A stretch of DNA of 64,000 nt from a virus: positions 52,290 to 116,289 of IMG/VR virus record IMGVR_UViG_3300045988_175036; one strand, written 5' to 3'. Numbering within the stretch: the stretch's first letter is position 1; every line of letters begins with the position of its first letter. The notes under the pieces were generated by a model, which worked only from the letters and a program-made list of their open reading frames with translations, did no database searches and was not told where the DNA came from. The translations under genes and the position numbers were made by a program. This document shows positions 55,185 to 63,672 of this stretch, in pieces.

Positions 55185-56000
55185 ATGCCTGTAAATGATG
55201 AACTTGGTAAAAGAATGAAAGAGTTTTATGAATCGGTTCCTAAGACTCGACTTGTGCGGAAAACCCCCGTTGCAATTCGTATCGATGGTAAGGCTTTTCA
55301 TACATTCACACGTGGTTTCGAGAAGCCGTTTGATAGGGTTTTAATGAAGGCAATGCAAGAGACAATGAGATATTTGTGTAAGAATATTCAGGGTTGTGTA
55401 TTCGGCTATACACAGAGTGACGAAATTACGCTTATTCTTATTGATTATCAGAAGCTTGACTCTGATGCTTGGTTTGGCTATGAAGTTCAAAAGATTTGCA
55501 GCATCTCCGCATCGATGGCAACTATGGCGTTCAATAGATATTTTAAAGAACTAATTGAGGATTGCTGTATGACTGATCCGAGAGCATCTTTCGAAACTAG
55601 AAATGTATATATCGATGCTTGCGAACGTGGGGCAATGTTTGATGCTCGTTGCTTCAATATCCCAAAGGAAGAAGTCTGCAATCTGATCTATTGGCGCCAG
55701 CTCGATGCAATCCGTAATTCTATTCAGATGGTCGGTCAAGCATTTTTCTCGTCGAAGGAACTTCATGGCAAGTCCTGCAATAAGATTCTGGACATGCTTC
55801 ACGAGGAGAAGAATGTCAATTGGCATAATTTCCCGATTGCCTGTCAGAGAGGGGTTGCTTGCTTGAAAATTGCTCAAAGAGTTAATATTGCCGGAACTAT
55901 GGACACTATCTCGACTTGGGATATTGATTTTAATATACCAATTCTTAAAGGCGATGACCGTAAGTATGTTGATGATTTGATTTATGTAAAGGAGGATTAA
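55185..56000 (+). CDS. Thg1-like protein (tRNA-His guanylyltransferase / 3'-5' polymerase family)
   Basis: VAIRIDGKAFHTFTRGFEKPFD and GYTQSDEITLIL contain the catalytic Asp and Asp-Glu residues of the Thg1/TLP family. ATG 55185 follows AAGGAG. Confidence 0.75.
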   Translation: MPVNDELGKRMKEFYESVPKTRLVRKTPVAIRIDGKAFHTFTRGFEKPFDRVLMKAMQETMRYLCKNIQGCVFGYTQSDEITLILIDYQKLDSDAWFGYEVQKICSISASMATMAFNRYFKELIEDCCMTDPRASFETRNVYIDACERGAMFDARCFNIPKEEVCNLIYWRQLDAIRNSIQMVGQAFFSSKELHGKSCNKILDMLHEEKNVNWHNFPIACQRGVACLKIAQRVNIAGTMDTISTWDIDFNIPILKGDDRKYVDDLIYVKED

Positions 56001-56005
56001 ATGAG

Positions 56006-56215
56006 ATGAAAAAGTATTCTTATTTCGATGTTCCTACACAGGTACAGTTTTGGGATTATACCTACGGGCGTCATCGTAGTGGTATTGCCTATCGAGATGA
56101 AATTATCTGCGGGTGTTGCGGAGGTGTCTTCAGAATTAGCGAAATCTATGAGCTTGCGCCGGATGCGCTCCTAGGAGACCCTATCATTGTCTATGATGAT
56201 TGGGTAGCTTTTTAG
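56006..56215 (+). CDS. hypothetical protein (69 aa)
   Basis: ORF track only. Confidence 0.45.
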   Translation: MKKYSYFDVPTQVQFWDYTYGRHRSGIAYRDEIICGCCGGVFRISEIYELAPDALLGDPIIVYDDWVAF

Positions 56216-56243
56216 CTCTGCGATTTTTGGGAGGAATAATAAA

Positions 56244-56519
56244 ATGGGAATGAATAAAGTAGAACTTACAAATGTGGTAGAAGTGACTTATTGCAAGGAT
56301 ACAGATAGAAATAATGCTTGTAATACTTTGCTAACTGCTATGGTTTATGTGCCTGAAGATTCTTTACCTCCTATGAGTGAAGAAGAAAAGAAATATGGCC
56401 GTCTTCTTGATGTGTACTTTAAGAAAGCTTCCAAGATTCTGGAAAATGAAATTGGGCCAATCCATATTTATCCAATTCACAGTTTCCGTTTTATGGGAGA
56501 CATGACTGTAGTGTATTAA
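56244..56519 (+). CDS. hypothetical protein (91 aa)
   Basis: ORF track; GGGAGG RBS. Confidence 0.5.
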   Translation: MGMNKVELTNVVEVTYCKDTDRNNACNTLLTAMVYVPEDSLPPMSEEEKKYGRLLDVYFKKASKILENEIGPIHIYPIHSFRFMGDMTVVY

Positions 56520-56543
56520 GAGAATTATTCAGGAGGTTAAATA

Positions 56544-56888
56544 ATGGGTACCACTGGTAAATTCTTTAATAAATGTGAAGAGACTGATAGAAAAGGAGAA
56601 AATATGATTGAACTGACTCATTATGATGATGGAAAGAAAAGCTTTCAATCTCATGAGGTAAGCATTAAGGAAAAGTGCTTTTATAATGCGGAGTATGATG
56701 TAACAAGTCATAATGTTTTCTCTTTGATTGGATATGGCGAAACAAAAGAAGAAGCCCTGGAAGATTACAAGAAGAAATTCGGTTATGTTATGGATGAGTT
56801 ACGAGCTTTTGAACGGATGCTATTTGAAACCGACGTGCTGGAAAACAGCATGGTTGAAGTAGACGCTGGAGGAAATGAAATCAAATAA
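56544..56888 (+). CDS. hypothetical protein (114 aa)
   Basis: ORF track; CAGGAGG RBS. Confidence 0.5.
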   Translation: MGTTGKFFNKCEETDRKGENMIELTHYDDGKKSFQSHEVSIKEKCFYNAEYDVTSHNVFSLIGYGETKEEALEDYKKKFGYVMDELRAFERMLFETDVLENSMVEVDAGGNEIK

Positions 56889-56967
56889 GAGTTTATAAAA
56901 CTCACAGAAAACAACTACGGTGCAACATAATTCGGAAGCTTAGAGAGGTATATGAGGAGGTAGAACA

Positions 56968-57336
56968 ATGGATGTAGTAAAGTTTATTGAGGAACGCAAC
57001 AGAATGTGCAGGAGTTTTGATACTGAATGTTATGGGTGTCCTGCTTCTAATTGCGAGGGTGAGTTGTTATATTGCGCAGTTGGTCAAGACTCAACAGTGG
57101 ATGCTAAAGCTCAGATTGCTATTGTCGAGAAGTGGTCTGCTGCGCACCCGCACAAGACGAGGCAAAGTGTGTTTTTGGAACGGTGGCCTGAAGCGGAAGT
57201 TGACGAGAATGGAATTTTGACACTGTGTCCGGCACCTATTTCCTCTACTCACAGGAACAAATATGGCGGATGCGCAAATTATGGTGCAAAATGCACTGAC
57301 TGTTGTCGTGAGTTTTGGTTACATGAGGTAGAGTAA
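56968..57336 (+). CDS. Cys-rich hypothetical protein (122 aa)
   Basis: ORF track; GAGGAGG RBS. Confidence 0.5.
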   Translation: MDVVKFIEERNRMCRSFDTECYGCPASNCEGELLYCAVGQDSTVDAKAQIAIVEKWSAAHPHKTRQSVFLERWPEAEVDENGILTLCPAPISSTHRNKYGGCANYGAKCTDCCREFWLHEVE

Positions 57337-57662
57337 TGACAGAATATATCAAACGAGAAGAACTGATGGAATTCCCTATCCGTCGTAATCATTATGACAG
57401 AAAGAACGGCAATAAGCATTTTATAAACGGCATTGAAACGGTGCTGGAATACGCCGAGAACTTACCAGCCGCTGAGGTTGCGCCGGTGGCGCATGGACGG
57501 TGGATTAAAGACAATGATAGTTTTCAGACAGACGATTATTATTGTTGCTATTTTGATTATACTTGTAGTGAGTGTGGCGAGATCGTCAATAATAGATATA
57601 AATTGCCAAATTATTGCCCCGATTGTGGGGCGAAGATGGATGGAAAAACGGGAGATAAATGA
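57336..57662 (+). CDS. zinc-ribbon protein (108 aa)
   Basis: CSECG ... CPDCG. Confidence 0.5.
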   Translation: MTEYIKREELMEFPIRRNHYDRKNGNKHFINGIETVLEYAENLPAAEVAPVAHGRWIKDNDSFQTDDYYCCYFDYTCSECGEIVNNRYKLPNYCPDCGAKMDGKTGDK

Positions 57663-58051
57663 TGATTACACTTAGAGAAGTTGAGGAACGAATTGAGCGC
57701 GGTGATACACCGGAGATTATCCGAGAATTCCTTGAGGAGGCCGCGCGCAGTGGTGAAATGTTTGATAGTGAGTTGGTCCGTTTTATTTGTACTGGTTTTG
57801 GTGGTGAGGATTATGGTGAAAATATTGACTATTTCTACCAAGACTTTGATGACAGTTCGCGCTGGTCGATTATTCGCACAGAAATTGTCCGTTTCAACTC
57901 AGACCAATACTACTCTTTTTGGTCTGAAGACGGTTTGACTGAGATGCAAGAAAATGAATGGTATGACCAGAAACCGCTGATTGCTCGACAGAAGAAAATT
58001 GAAAAGCTGATTTGGGTAGAGGAGAAAATTGAGAATGACGCTAATTCCTGA
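57659..58051 (+). CDS. hypothetical protein (130 aa)
   Basis: ORF track only. Confidence 0.5.
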   Translation: MMITLREVEERIERGDTPEIIREFLEEAARSGEMFDSELVRFICTGFGGEDYGENIDYFYQDFDDSSRWSIIRTEIVRFNSDQYYSFWSEDGLTEMQENEWYDQKPLIARQKKIEKLIWVEEKIENDANS

Positions 58052-58229
58052 AGTGAAGCGATATGCGCAAAAGTGTTATTTTTGTGGTAGAATCCATGAT
58101 AATGAAAATCCTGTGGCTTTTGAACTCGATATCAATGAAACAAGAATTCCAAAGGAAGAAGCAAAGTTTTTGAGGAAGTCGGTTTATTGCTGTAAGGAGT
58201 GCTTACAGAAGGAGTGGATGGCGACGTAA
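58035..58229 (+). CDS. small Cys-containing protein
   Basis: ORF track frame; start at ATG 58035; CYFCG ... CCKEC. Confidence 0.45.
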   Translation: MTLIPEVKRYAQKCYFCGRIHDNENPVAFELDINETRIPKEEAKFLRKSVYCCKECLQKEWMAT

Positions 58230-58543
58230 TGGAGATTTTGAATACGTTTGAATATGTAGAAAAAAATCCAGGATGGCAAATCGCAATTCTCGTTGTCCTT
58301 GGAATTGTGCTTATTTTCTTTGAAGTATTTTTTGCTTGTCAAGAACAGTGGTGTAGAAGTTGGGCTTGCGCGTTTGGAGCATTTATTTTCTTTGGACTCG
58401 CTTTGTATCCGACAAAGAGAGTAGAAACTCGATATGAGTGCGCGATTGATGATACGGCTTCTTTTATAGAAATTATGGAAAATTACGATGTTGTTGGTCG
58501 GCGCGGAGACTTGTGGATTTTGGAGGACAAAGCAGATGAGTAA
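58229..58543 (+). CDS. two-TM membrane protein (104 aa)
   Basis: TAATG overlap with the upstream stop; hydrophobic segments WQIAILVVLGIVLIFFEVFF and ACAFGAFIFFGLALY. Confidence 0.5.
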   Translation: MEILNTFEYVEKNPGWQIAILVVLGIVLIFFEVFFACQEQWCRSWACAFGAFIFFGLALYPTKRVETRYECAIDDTASFIEIMENYDVVGRRGDLWILEDKADE

Positions 58544-58772
58544 TGTTCGCTTTAATATTTACCTACAAAGAGAAAATCTTCACTTTGGTGTCAAAGATGG
58601 TATTACCTTGGATGAGCTTGCTTCTGTTCTTTCTTCTTTCTTTGAAAGTGAAGAGAATTGGCATAAAATGAAAGAGTGCTGGCTTGAAAATGGGAAGTCT
58701 AAGGACTTTCGGTGTTTGATGAAGGAAGCTCTACTTGGAGCTTATGACACTTTCTGTATCGAAATAATTTGA
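58536..58772 (+). CDS. hypothetical protein (78 aa)
   Basis: ORF track frame; start at ATG 58536. Confidence 0.45.
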   Translation: MSNVRFNIYLQRENLHFGVKDGITLDELASVLSSFFESEENWHKMKECWLENGKSKDFRCLMKEALLGAYDTFCIEII

Positions 58773-58784
58773 AAGAGAACTACT

Positions 58785-58943
58785 ATGAGAAAAATTACTA
58801 TTGACGTCGATGAGTGGATCAAGGATGCAGAGAAAGGAAAGTATAAAATCAATACATCTGCTTATGCAAAGGGTTGTAATGATGTTTTAGACTATTATAT
58901 TCAAAAACTCAAAGAGGAAGCAAATAAGTTGGAACTTATTTAG
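58785..58943 (+). CDS. small ORF (52 aa), not in the ORF track
   Basis: Fills the gap between neighbouring genes. Encodes MRKITIDVDEWIKDAEKGKYKINTSAYAKGCNDVLDYYIQKLKEEANKLELI. Confidence 0.35.
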   Translation: MRKITIDVDEWIKDAEKGKYKINTSAYAKGCNDVLDYYIQKLKEEANKLELI

Positions 58944-59011
58944 AGAAAAGACTTAATGGTCTCTATTTTTGAAAGGACAAATTAAATTTGTGTGGTGAAG
59001 AAAATTTGAAG

Positions 59012-59293
59012 ATGAATATTTATAGAATTTGGGCTGATGATTGGCTTGGCTATGATACCTATGATAGCGCTATTGTTGTAGCTAAGGACGAAGAGTCTGC
59101 GCGACATATTCATCCGCAAGGAGCGGCGCGTGGGTGGAATAAGCAGACTAATCGTTATGATAAATTGTGGTATGAGAGTGATGAGACTCTTGATAATTGG
59201 ACAATGCCAGAAAGGGTAAGTGTTAGACTAGTTGGGACAACAGACTTATTTCCAGAGGGAACAGTTCTGTGCGCGAGTTATAATGCGGGGTAA
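59012..59293 (+). CDS. hypothetical protein (93 aa)
   Basis: ORF track frame; start at ATG 59012. Confidence 0.45.
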   Translation: MNIYRIWADDWLGYDTYDSAIVVAKDEESARHIHPQGAARGWNKQTNRYDKLWYESDETLDNWTMPERVSVRLVGTTDLFPEGTVLCASYNAG

Positions 59294-59298
59294 TTGAA

Positions 59299-59493
59299 AT
59301 GATTTGGATGTATTGTCCGAAGTGTGGCGCGCCGATGAGAAGTGTAACGACTGGTTGGATTTGCACGGAACTCGGTTGCGGATGTAAACTTGATGTATAT
59401 GGAAATCCGTATACTAATACAATCTATTCTGTGGATTATAGTTATGAAGTAGATGAAAGTAACCAAGGTCAAAAGGATATTGTTTTAGAATAA
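59299..59493 (+). CDS. zinc-ribbon protein (64 aa)
   Basis: CPKCGAPM ... CTELGCGC. Confidence 0.45.
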   Translation: MIWMYCPKCGAPMRSVTTGWICTELGCGCKLDVYGNPYTNTIYSVDYSYEVDESNQGQKDIVLE

Positions 59494-59522
59494 AAGAAAA
59501 GTAATAGAAAGGATTTTTGAAA

Positions 59523-59993
59523 ATGAAAAAGTTTATTTGTGTTCTTGTTTGTTTGCTGATGATTATGAGCTGCGCTTACGGGTGCGCGCGGCCATCGATT
59601 GAGACTGCGCCGGAGACAATTGTTTCTGAGCCAGAGACGTCCGCGCCCACTGAAATCGAGGCGACGGTCTCGCGCGAAGATGAATTAGTTGAACTGGAAG
59701 AAACGTTCATCGACAGTTTTGGTGAAGATAATGTTTCTTTCTGGTGGTCTGATGAAGGCGATGCATATTTCATCACTATTTGGTGCGATTTTACTTTTGA
59801 TGAATTTTATGAGTTTGATATGAATAGTGAAACTCGTGATAATCTTGATTTTCTTTGCTTGATGGGCAATTCTGTTACAAACGTTGACACTTTTCTTACA
59901 CTTTATAGTAAAGCAGAGGGCGTCATTTATGCTTCTTATAATGGCGCAGATTTTACAAGAGAAGCTCTTATTTCTCAGGGAGCAAACAACTGA
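59523..59993 (+). CDS. putative lipoprotein
   Basis: Signal peptide with lipobox-like residues: FICVLVCLLMIMSCAYGC. Confidence 0.5.
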   Translation: MKKFICVLVCLLMIMSCAYGCARPSIETAPETIVSEPETSAPTEIEATVSREDELVELEETFIDSFGEDNVSFWWSDEGDAYFITIWCDFTFDEFYEFDMNSETRDNLDFLCLMGNSVTNVDTFLTLYSKAEGVIYASYNGADFTREALISQGANN

Positions 59994-60103
59994 TGAACTG
60001 GTGGCAAGCTATTCTTTGCGGAGTTGGCGTTCTCGCAGTGGGAACGCTAATTCTCTATTTGACTTGGGCCATCTATGGCTGGATTACAAAAGGAGATAAG
60101 TAA
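59993..60103 (+). CDS. small single-TM ORF (36 aa), not in the ORF track
   Basis: TGATG overlap upstream and TAAATG junction downstream. Encodes MNWWQAILCGVGVLAVGTLILYLTWAIYGWITKGDK. Confidence 0.4.
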   Translation: MNWWQAILCGVGVLAVGTLILYLTWAIYGWITKGDK

Positions 60104-60658
60104 ATGGCAATTCGTTATATTAGTGACCTTCATTTCGGTCATTCTAACATTATTCGCTTTGATATGCGTCCCTTTGAATCAACAGAAGAAATGGACAGAG
60201 AGCTAGTAAAAAGATGGAATGATGTTGTTGATAAAGATGACCAGGTTTATGTGTTGGGTGATATGTTTTGGAAGAAAGCAGACGAAGCTATTCCTATTCT
60301 CAAAGAACTAAAAGGCAATAAGTTTCTTGTGCGCGGGAACCATGATAGAATTGGAGACCGAAATTTCGACAAGTGCTTCGCGCGCATCACAGATTATACA
60401 GAAGTAAAGGATGAAGGGCGCCATGTAATTCTTTGCCACTACCCAATTTTTGCCTTCAAGAACCACTATTATGATGGTTGGTATCATCTTTATGGGCATG
60501 TTCATAATACATGGGAGGAAAAAATTTGTGATGACGTTCGCGCGCGAATGAATGAGTGGGGAATTCGTTGTGAGATGAGAAATGCTGGCTGTATGATGCC
60601 ATATATGGACTATGCGCCCAGAACACTGGATGAAATTTTTGGAGCTGAGGAAACGTAA
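60104..60658 (+). CDS. calcineurin-like metallophosphoesterase
   Basis: ISDLHFGH, VLGDMF, VRGNHD and GHVH motifs. Confidence 0.75.
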   Translation: MAIRYISDLHFGHSNIIRFDMRPFESTEEMDRELVKRWNDVVDKDDQVYVLGDMFWKKADEAIPILKELKGNKFLVRGNHDRIGDRNFDKCFARITDYTEVKDEGRHVILCHYPIFAFKNHYYDGWYHLYGHVHNTWEEKICDDVRARMNEWGIRCEMRNAGCMMPYMDYAPRTLDEIFGAEET

Positions 60659-60685
60659 AGTGACCTCAGCTTCACTTTTATTTTA
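60641..60685 (+). terminator. intrinsic terminator
   Basis: AGCTGAGG-N13-CCTCAGCT followed by a T-rich tail. Confidence 0.5.
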
Positions 60686-60693
60686 TATGACAG

Positions 60694-60722
60694 ATTTGAA
60701 AAATAACCGGAAATCTGGTATA
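60694..60722 (+). promoter_or_regulatory. sigma-A type promoter, conserved cassette
   Basis: TTGAAA, 17 nt, TGgTATAAT, then ATATATACAAGATGAG. Confidence 0.65.
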
Positions 60723-60760
60723 ATATATATACAAGATGAGAAAAGAAAGGAAGAAATAAT

Positions 60761-60976
60761 ATGACTAGAAAGCGTTACATCAAAAAAGCTCGTTATCTTC
60801 TTTGGCGTTTGCTTCAGCTTCCGTGTAATCAGAAGAATTCAAAGAAGGATTTTTATTGGAGCCAGTGGCAAAAAGACGTACCGACGCCTTCTGAAATGAG
60901 ATGCTCTTATGATGAAGCGTGGGCGAAAGTTTTGGAAAGTATTAGAGCCATTGAGGGAATGGAGGATTTCGAATGA
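60761..60976 (+). CDS. hypothetical protein (71 aa)
   Basis: ORF track only. Confidence 0.45.
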   Translation: MTRKRYIKKARYLLWRLLQLPCNQKNSKKDFYWSQWQKDVPTPSEMRCSYDEAWAKVLESIRAIEGMEDFE

Positions 60977-61257
60977 AACTTTGGATTGATGATACCCATC
61001 CCGCGCCGACCGGTTTTGTTCGGGTCAAGACAGCCAACGCGGCCAAAGCAGCGATTAGATGTTATGAGAGGGCGTTTTCTGGTGAGGATACAATTGTGAT
61101 TAGTATTGGTGATGACGTTGAAATTTTGAAGTGGCTTGAAGAGACGAAGTTTGTTGACACCGGTTATTTCTTCCATTTTCATTCGAAGAATACCATTGGG
61201 GCAAAGATTATTGAGAAAAATGGTTGGCGAGAAATTCATAGCTTGGAGGTAATTTAG
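60973..61257 (+). CDS. hypothetical protein (94 aa)
   Basis: ORF track; ATGA overlap with the upstream stop. Confidence 0.5.
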   Translation: MKLWIDDTHPAPTGFVRVKTANAAKAAIRCYERAFSGEDTIVISIGDDVEILKWLEETKFVDTGYFFHFHSKNTIGAKIIEKNGWREIHSLEVI

Positions 61258-61258
61258 A

Positions 61259-61537
61259 ATGGCGCGATATCTTGTGATGAAGAGAGATAATGACATCGGG
61301 GTAGTAAAGGAAGAACAAAGCCAGATTGTTTCGTTATCTTTTGGCGACTTTATTGAAGAGCTGGCATCTCCTCACTATGAGCGATATGGTGTTAGGTCTA
61401 TTGACTACTGGGATATTGATGAGGAAAGCGACGATGTTGAGGCCTTTGAAAGGCTTTGGAACTTTTGCGGTTATTCGATTGATGATTTCGTTGGACTTTT
61501 TAGTTCATATGATTCGTATGATGGAGTTGATATCTAA
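61259..61537 (+). CDS. hypothetical protein (92 aa)
   Basis: ORF track only. Confidence 0.5.
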   Translation: MARYLVMKRDNDIGVVKEEQSQIVSLSFGDFIEELASPHYERYGVRSIDYWDIDEESDDVEAFERLWNFCGYSIDDFVGLFSSYDSYDGVDI

Positions 61538-61839
61538 TGGGCAGAGTCTTGATTCTTCAAATTGATGATGAGTATTGTGTTTATCTTGAAAGTCGTTATT
61601 ATAATAGGAAAAGATTTGATAGTCTGCGCGAGTTCTTTTCGACTATGATGTTCGCGCACGTTGAAGAATTTGAAGCGCGCACTCTAAACTATATGTTTGT
61701 GAAAGATAATAAGGAAAGAGTTGTCTTTGAAAAAATTTTCGGTGATGAACTGATGTCGGCGCAAGAGCTGAGCGAAGGTTTGAGTCTGCTTTGGGATTCA
61801 AAAGATGCCGACGAAGGTTTTGGTGATATTTTTGATTGA
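61537..61839 (+). CDS. hypothetical protein (100 aa)
   Basis: ORF track only. Confidence 0.5.
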   Translation: MGRVLILQIDDEYCVYLESRYYNRKRFDSLREFFSTMMFAHVEEFEARTLNYMFVKDNKERVVFEKIFGDELMSAQELSEGLSLLWDSKDADEGFGDIFD

Positions 61840-61856
61840 AAAAGGAGAGAAAGAAA

Positions 61857-62066
61857 ATGAAGGTTTATATGATTGGTCAGTACCAGTTTGATGGAAGTGA
61901 GCCCTCTTATCGTTGTTTCTATGAAGAGTCTGACGCTAAGAGTTGTGCGCGCGAACTGATTGAGGAGAGCGAAGATGATGAGGAAGCTATGGAAGTAACG
62001 TGGGACGATTTTCTTGATCGATGGGATTGTTGGGTTTGCTTTATGGAAGTATTGGAGGTAGAGTAA
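61857..62066 (+). CDS. acidic hypothetical protein (69 aa)
   Basis: ORF track frame; ATG 61857 after AAGGAG. Confidence 0.45.
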   Translation: MKVYMIGQYQFDGSEPSYRCFYEESDAKSCARELIEESEDDEEAMEVTWDDFLDRWDCWVCFMEVLEVE

Positions 62067-62067
62067 A

Positions 62068-62550
62068 ATGGAAAATTATCTTGTGCCGAATGGACAGAAA
62101 ATTGAGCTGACACCGGAACAGTATCAAGAGGTTTGTAATGCGGTTTCGCCGAAGAAGTCTCCTTTTGGTAGAAAAGAAAGGAATGAAATTTATTACTATA
62201 TTGACGATGATGGTTTTGTACACTCTGATAAAGAACAAGGATGGCCTGCTGATACCTTACGCTACGGAAATGCTAATTATTGCTCGGATAGGAAGTTGAT
62301 GAAGAAGCGTTCGAATTATGAGGCACTAGAACGAGTTCTTTGGCGCTTTTCAGAAGAGAACGGCGGCGCAGGCGTTTGCTCTATTTGTTATGATAGCCAA
62401 ACGGGAGATTGGAAAACTATTGTGAAAACGGGAAATATTTCTATGTTTGGTCCGACTTTCTGTTGTAAGAAAGTCGCATCGCGCGCAATTGAAGTGGCTA
62501 AGGAATGGCTTTCGGAGAATTACTTTGCGCCTGAGGACGTATTCTTTTGA
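62068..62550 (+). CDS. hypothetical protein (160 aa)
   Basis: ORF track only. Confidence 0.5.
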   Translation: MENYLVPNGQKIELTPEQYQEVCNAVSPKKSPFGRKERNEIYYYIDDDGFVHSDKEQGWPADTLRYGNANYCSDRKLMKKRSNYEALERVLWRFSEENGGAGVCSICYDSQTGDWKTIVKTGNISMFGPTFCCKKVASRAIEVAKEWLSENYFAPEDVFF

Positions 62551-62639
62551 GATTGGCTGGCAAAACCCCTATATAAAATTTTACTAGAAAGGAGTGACAT
62601 AAAATAGATAAGATTGAAGGACTTGAAAATAAAGTTTGG

Positions 62640-63068
62640 ATGGACGCCGCAAAACGATTATCTCTATCGGCTTTTGAAATTTATCTTTATCTTGTGTCTA
62701 ATAATGGGAATATACAAAAATTATCGCCAAAAGATATTGAGAATAGTTTAGGAATAAAGAGGGCAACTTATTATGAAGCGCTTGGAAAGCTAGAAGAAGT
62801 AGGTTATTTATATAGAGAGAATGGCGTTTTGAAGTTTCGTACCTTACTTCTTGAAAAAGAAAAAGCAATTTCTATAACAGAAGAAGAAGCTAAGATTTTT
62901 GGAAAACTGAGCTTGTGGGGCATTAGAGTTTGGGCTTTTTCTCATTTCAATCATGGTGTTGTCTCGCCTCAAGAAGTTCTTGATTGGTATGAAATTACTA
63001 CTGATTGCCGTAAGAATGTTCGCGCGGGCATTCAAGATTTAGAAAATAATGGACTGATTGAGAGGTAG
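62640..63068 (+). CDS. wHTH protein, paralog of the 23252 initiator N-terminal domain
   Basis: LSAFEIYLYLVSNNGNIQKLSPKDIENSLGIKRATYYEALGKLEEVGYLYRE aligns with FGLYLYLASNKDGYLLELSAAAVEREIGIKKTAYHTALKDLEEKGYLKKE. Confidence 0.55.
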   Translation: MDAAKRLSLSAFEIYLYLVSNNGNIQKLSPKDIENSLGIKRATYYEALGKLEEVGYLYRENGVLKFRTLLLEKEKAISITEEEAKIFGKLSLWGIRVWAFSHFNHGVVSPQEVLDWYEITTDCRKNVRAGIQDLENNGLIER

Positions 63069-63088
63069 AATTTCTACCTCTCTTTTAT
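63061..63088 (+). terminator. intrinsic terminator
   Basis: GAGGTAGA-att-TCTACCTC followed by TCTTTTATT. Confidence 0.65.
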
Positions 63089-63112
63089 TATAAAACTGTA
63101 AAAACCATTCTC

Positions 63113-63222
63113 CCTGATTTTTAAAAGTCAGTCTGACTGACTTTTATGATGCGATTACAAAAGTCAGTCTGACTGATTTTTAAAAGTCAGTCCGCATGGT
63201 TTTTAAAAGTCAGTCAGACTGA
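63113..63222. repeat. array of AAAAGTCAGTC half-sites arranged as 23-bp palindromes
   Basis: Perfect palindrome AAAAGTCAGTCTGACTGACTTTT at 63122-63144. A 1-mismatch copy at 63158-63180, a half-site at 63181-63191, and an inverted copy at 63204-63222. Confidence 0.8.
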
Positions 63223-63254
63223 CGAGAAAAATAAAAGAAATAAATAAAATAAAT

Positions 63255-63301
63255 AAAAAAAGAACGAAAAAGAAAAAAAAGAAAGGAGCGCAAAGCGCTC
63301 C
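63255..63301 (-). terminator. intrinsic terminator (minus strand)
   Basis: GGAGCGC-aaa-GCGCTCC, followed on the minus strand by a long T-rich run. Confidence 0.6.
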
Positions 63302-63302
63302 C

Positions 63303-63662
63303 TCAAGAAGGATAGGGAATAAAATCATAATGAACCTTTGAACTTTCACGCAACTTGAGATAGCCAGTAGCAACCAGTAGATTGAAAGCAGTTTGATAAG
63401 CAGTTTTCTTTACCCCTAATGTAGCAGAAAGTTCTTCTGGACTCAATCCTATTGTATATCCGTCTTCATTTTTAAAAAAATATTCCCAAAGGAGACCGCA
63501 TAATGGGTTTCCTGTACGCTTGACTACAAGACAAACGTCAGCCCAATAAGCTATAATCATAGAGCCTCCCGCGCCGTCAATTCGTCCATTTTTCATTTTC
63601 TTATGATTAGTGACTCGGCGCTGGTTTGGGTAAAAATTCTGATTCTGATTCTGATTTGGCAT
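63303..63662 (-). CDS. wHTH protein, third paralog of the same family
   Basis: LLWEYFFKNEDGYTIGLSPEELSATLGVKKTAYQTAFNLLVATGYLKLRE. N-terminal Q/N repeat. Confidence 0.55.
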   Translation of the reverse strand: MPNQNQNQNFYPNQRRVTNHKKMKNGRIDGAGGSMIIAYWADVCLVVKRTGNPLCGLLWEYFFKNEDGYTIGLSPEELSATLGVKKTAYQTAFNLLVATGYLKLRESSKVHYDFIPYPS

Positions 63663-63672
63663 TTGAATTACC

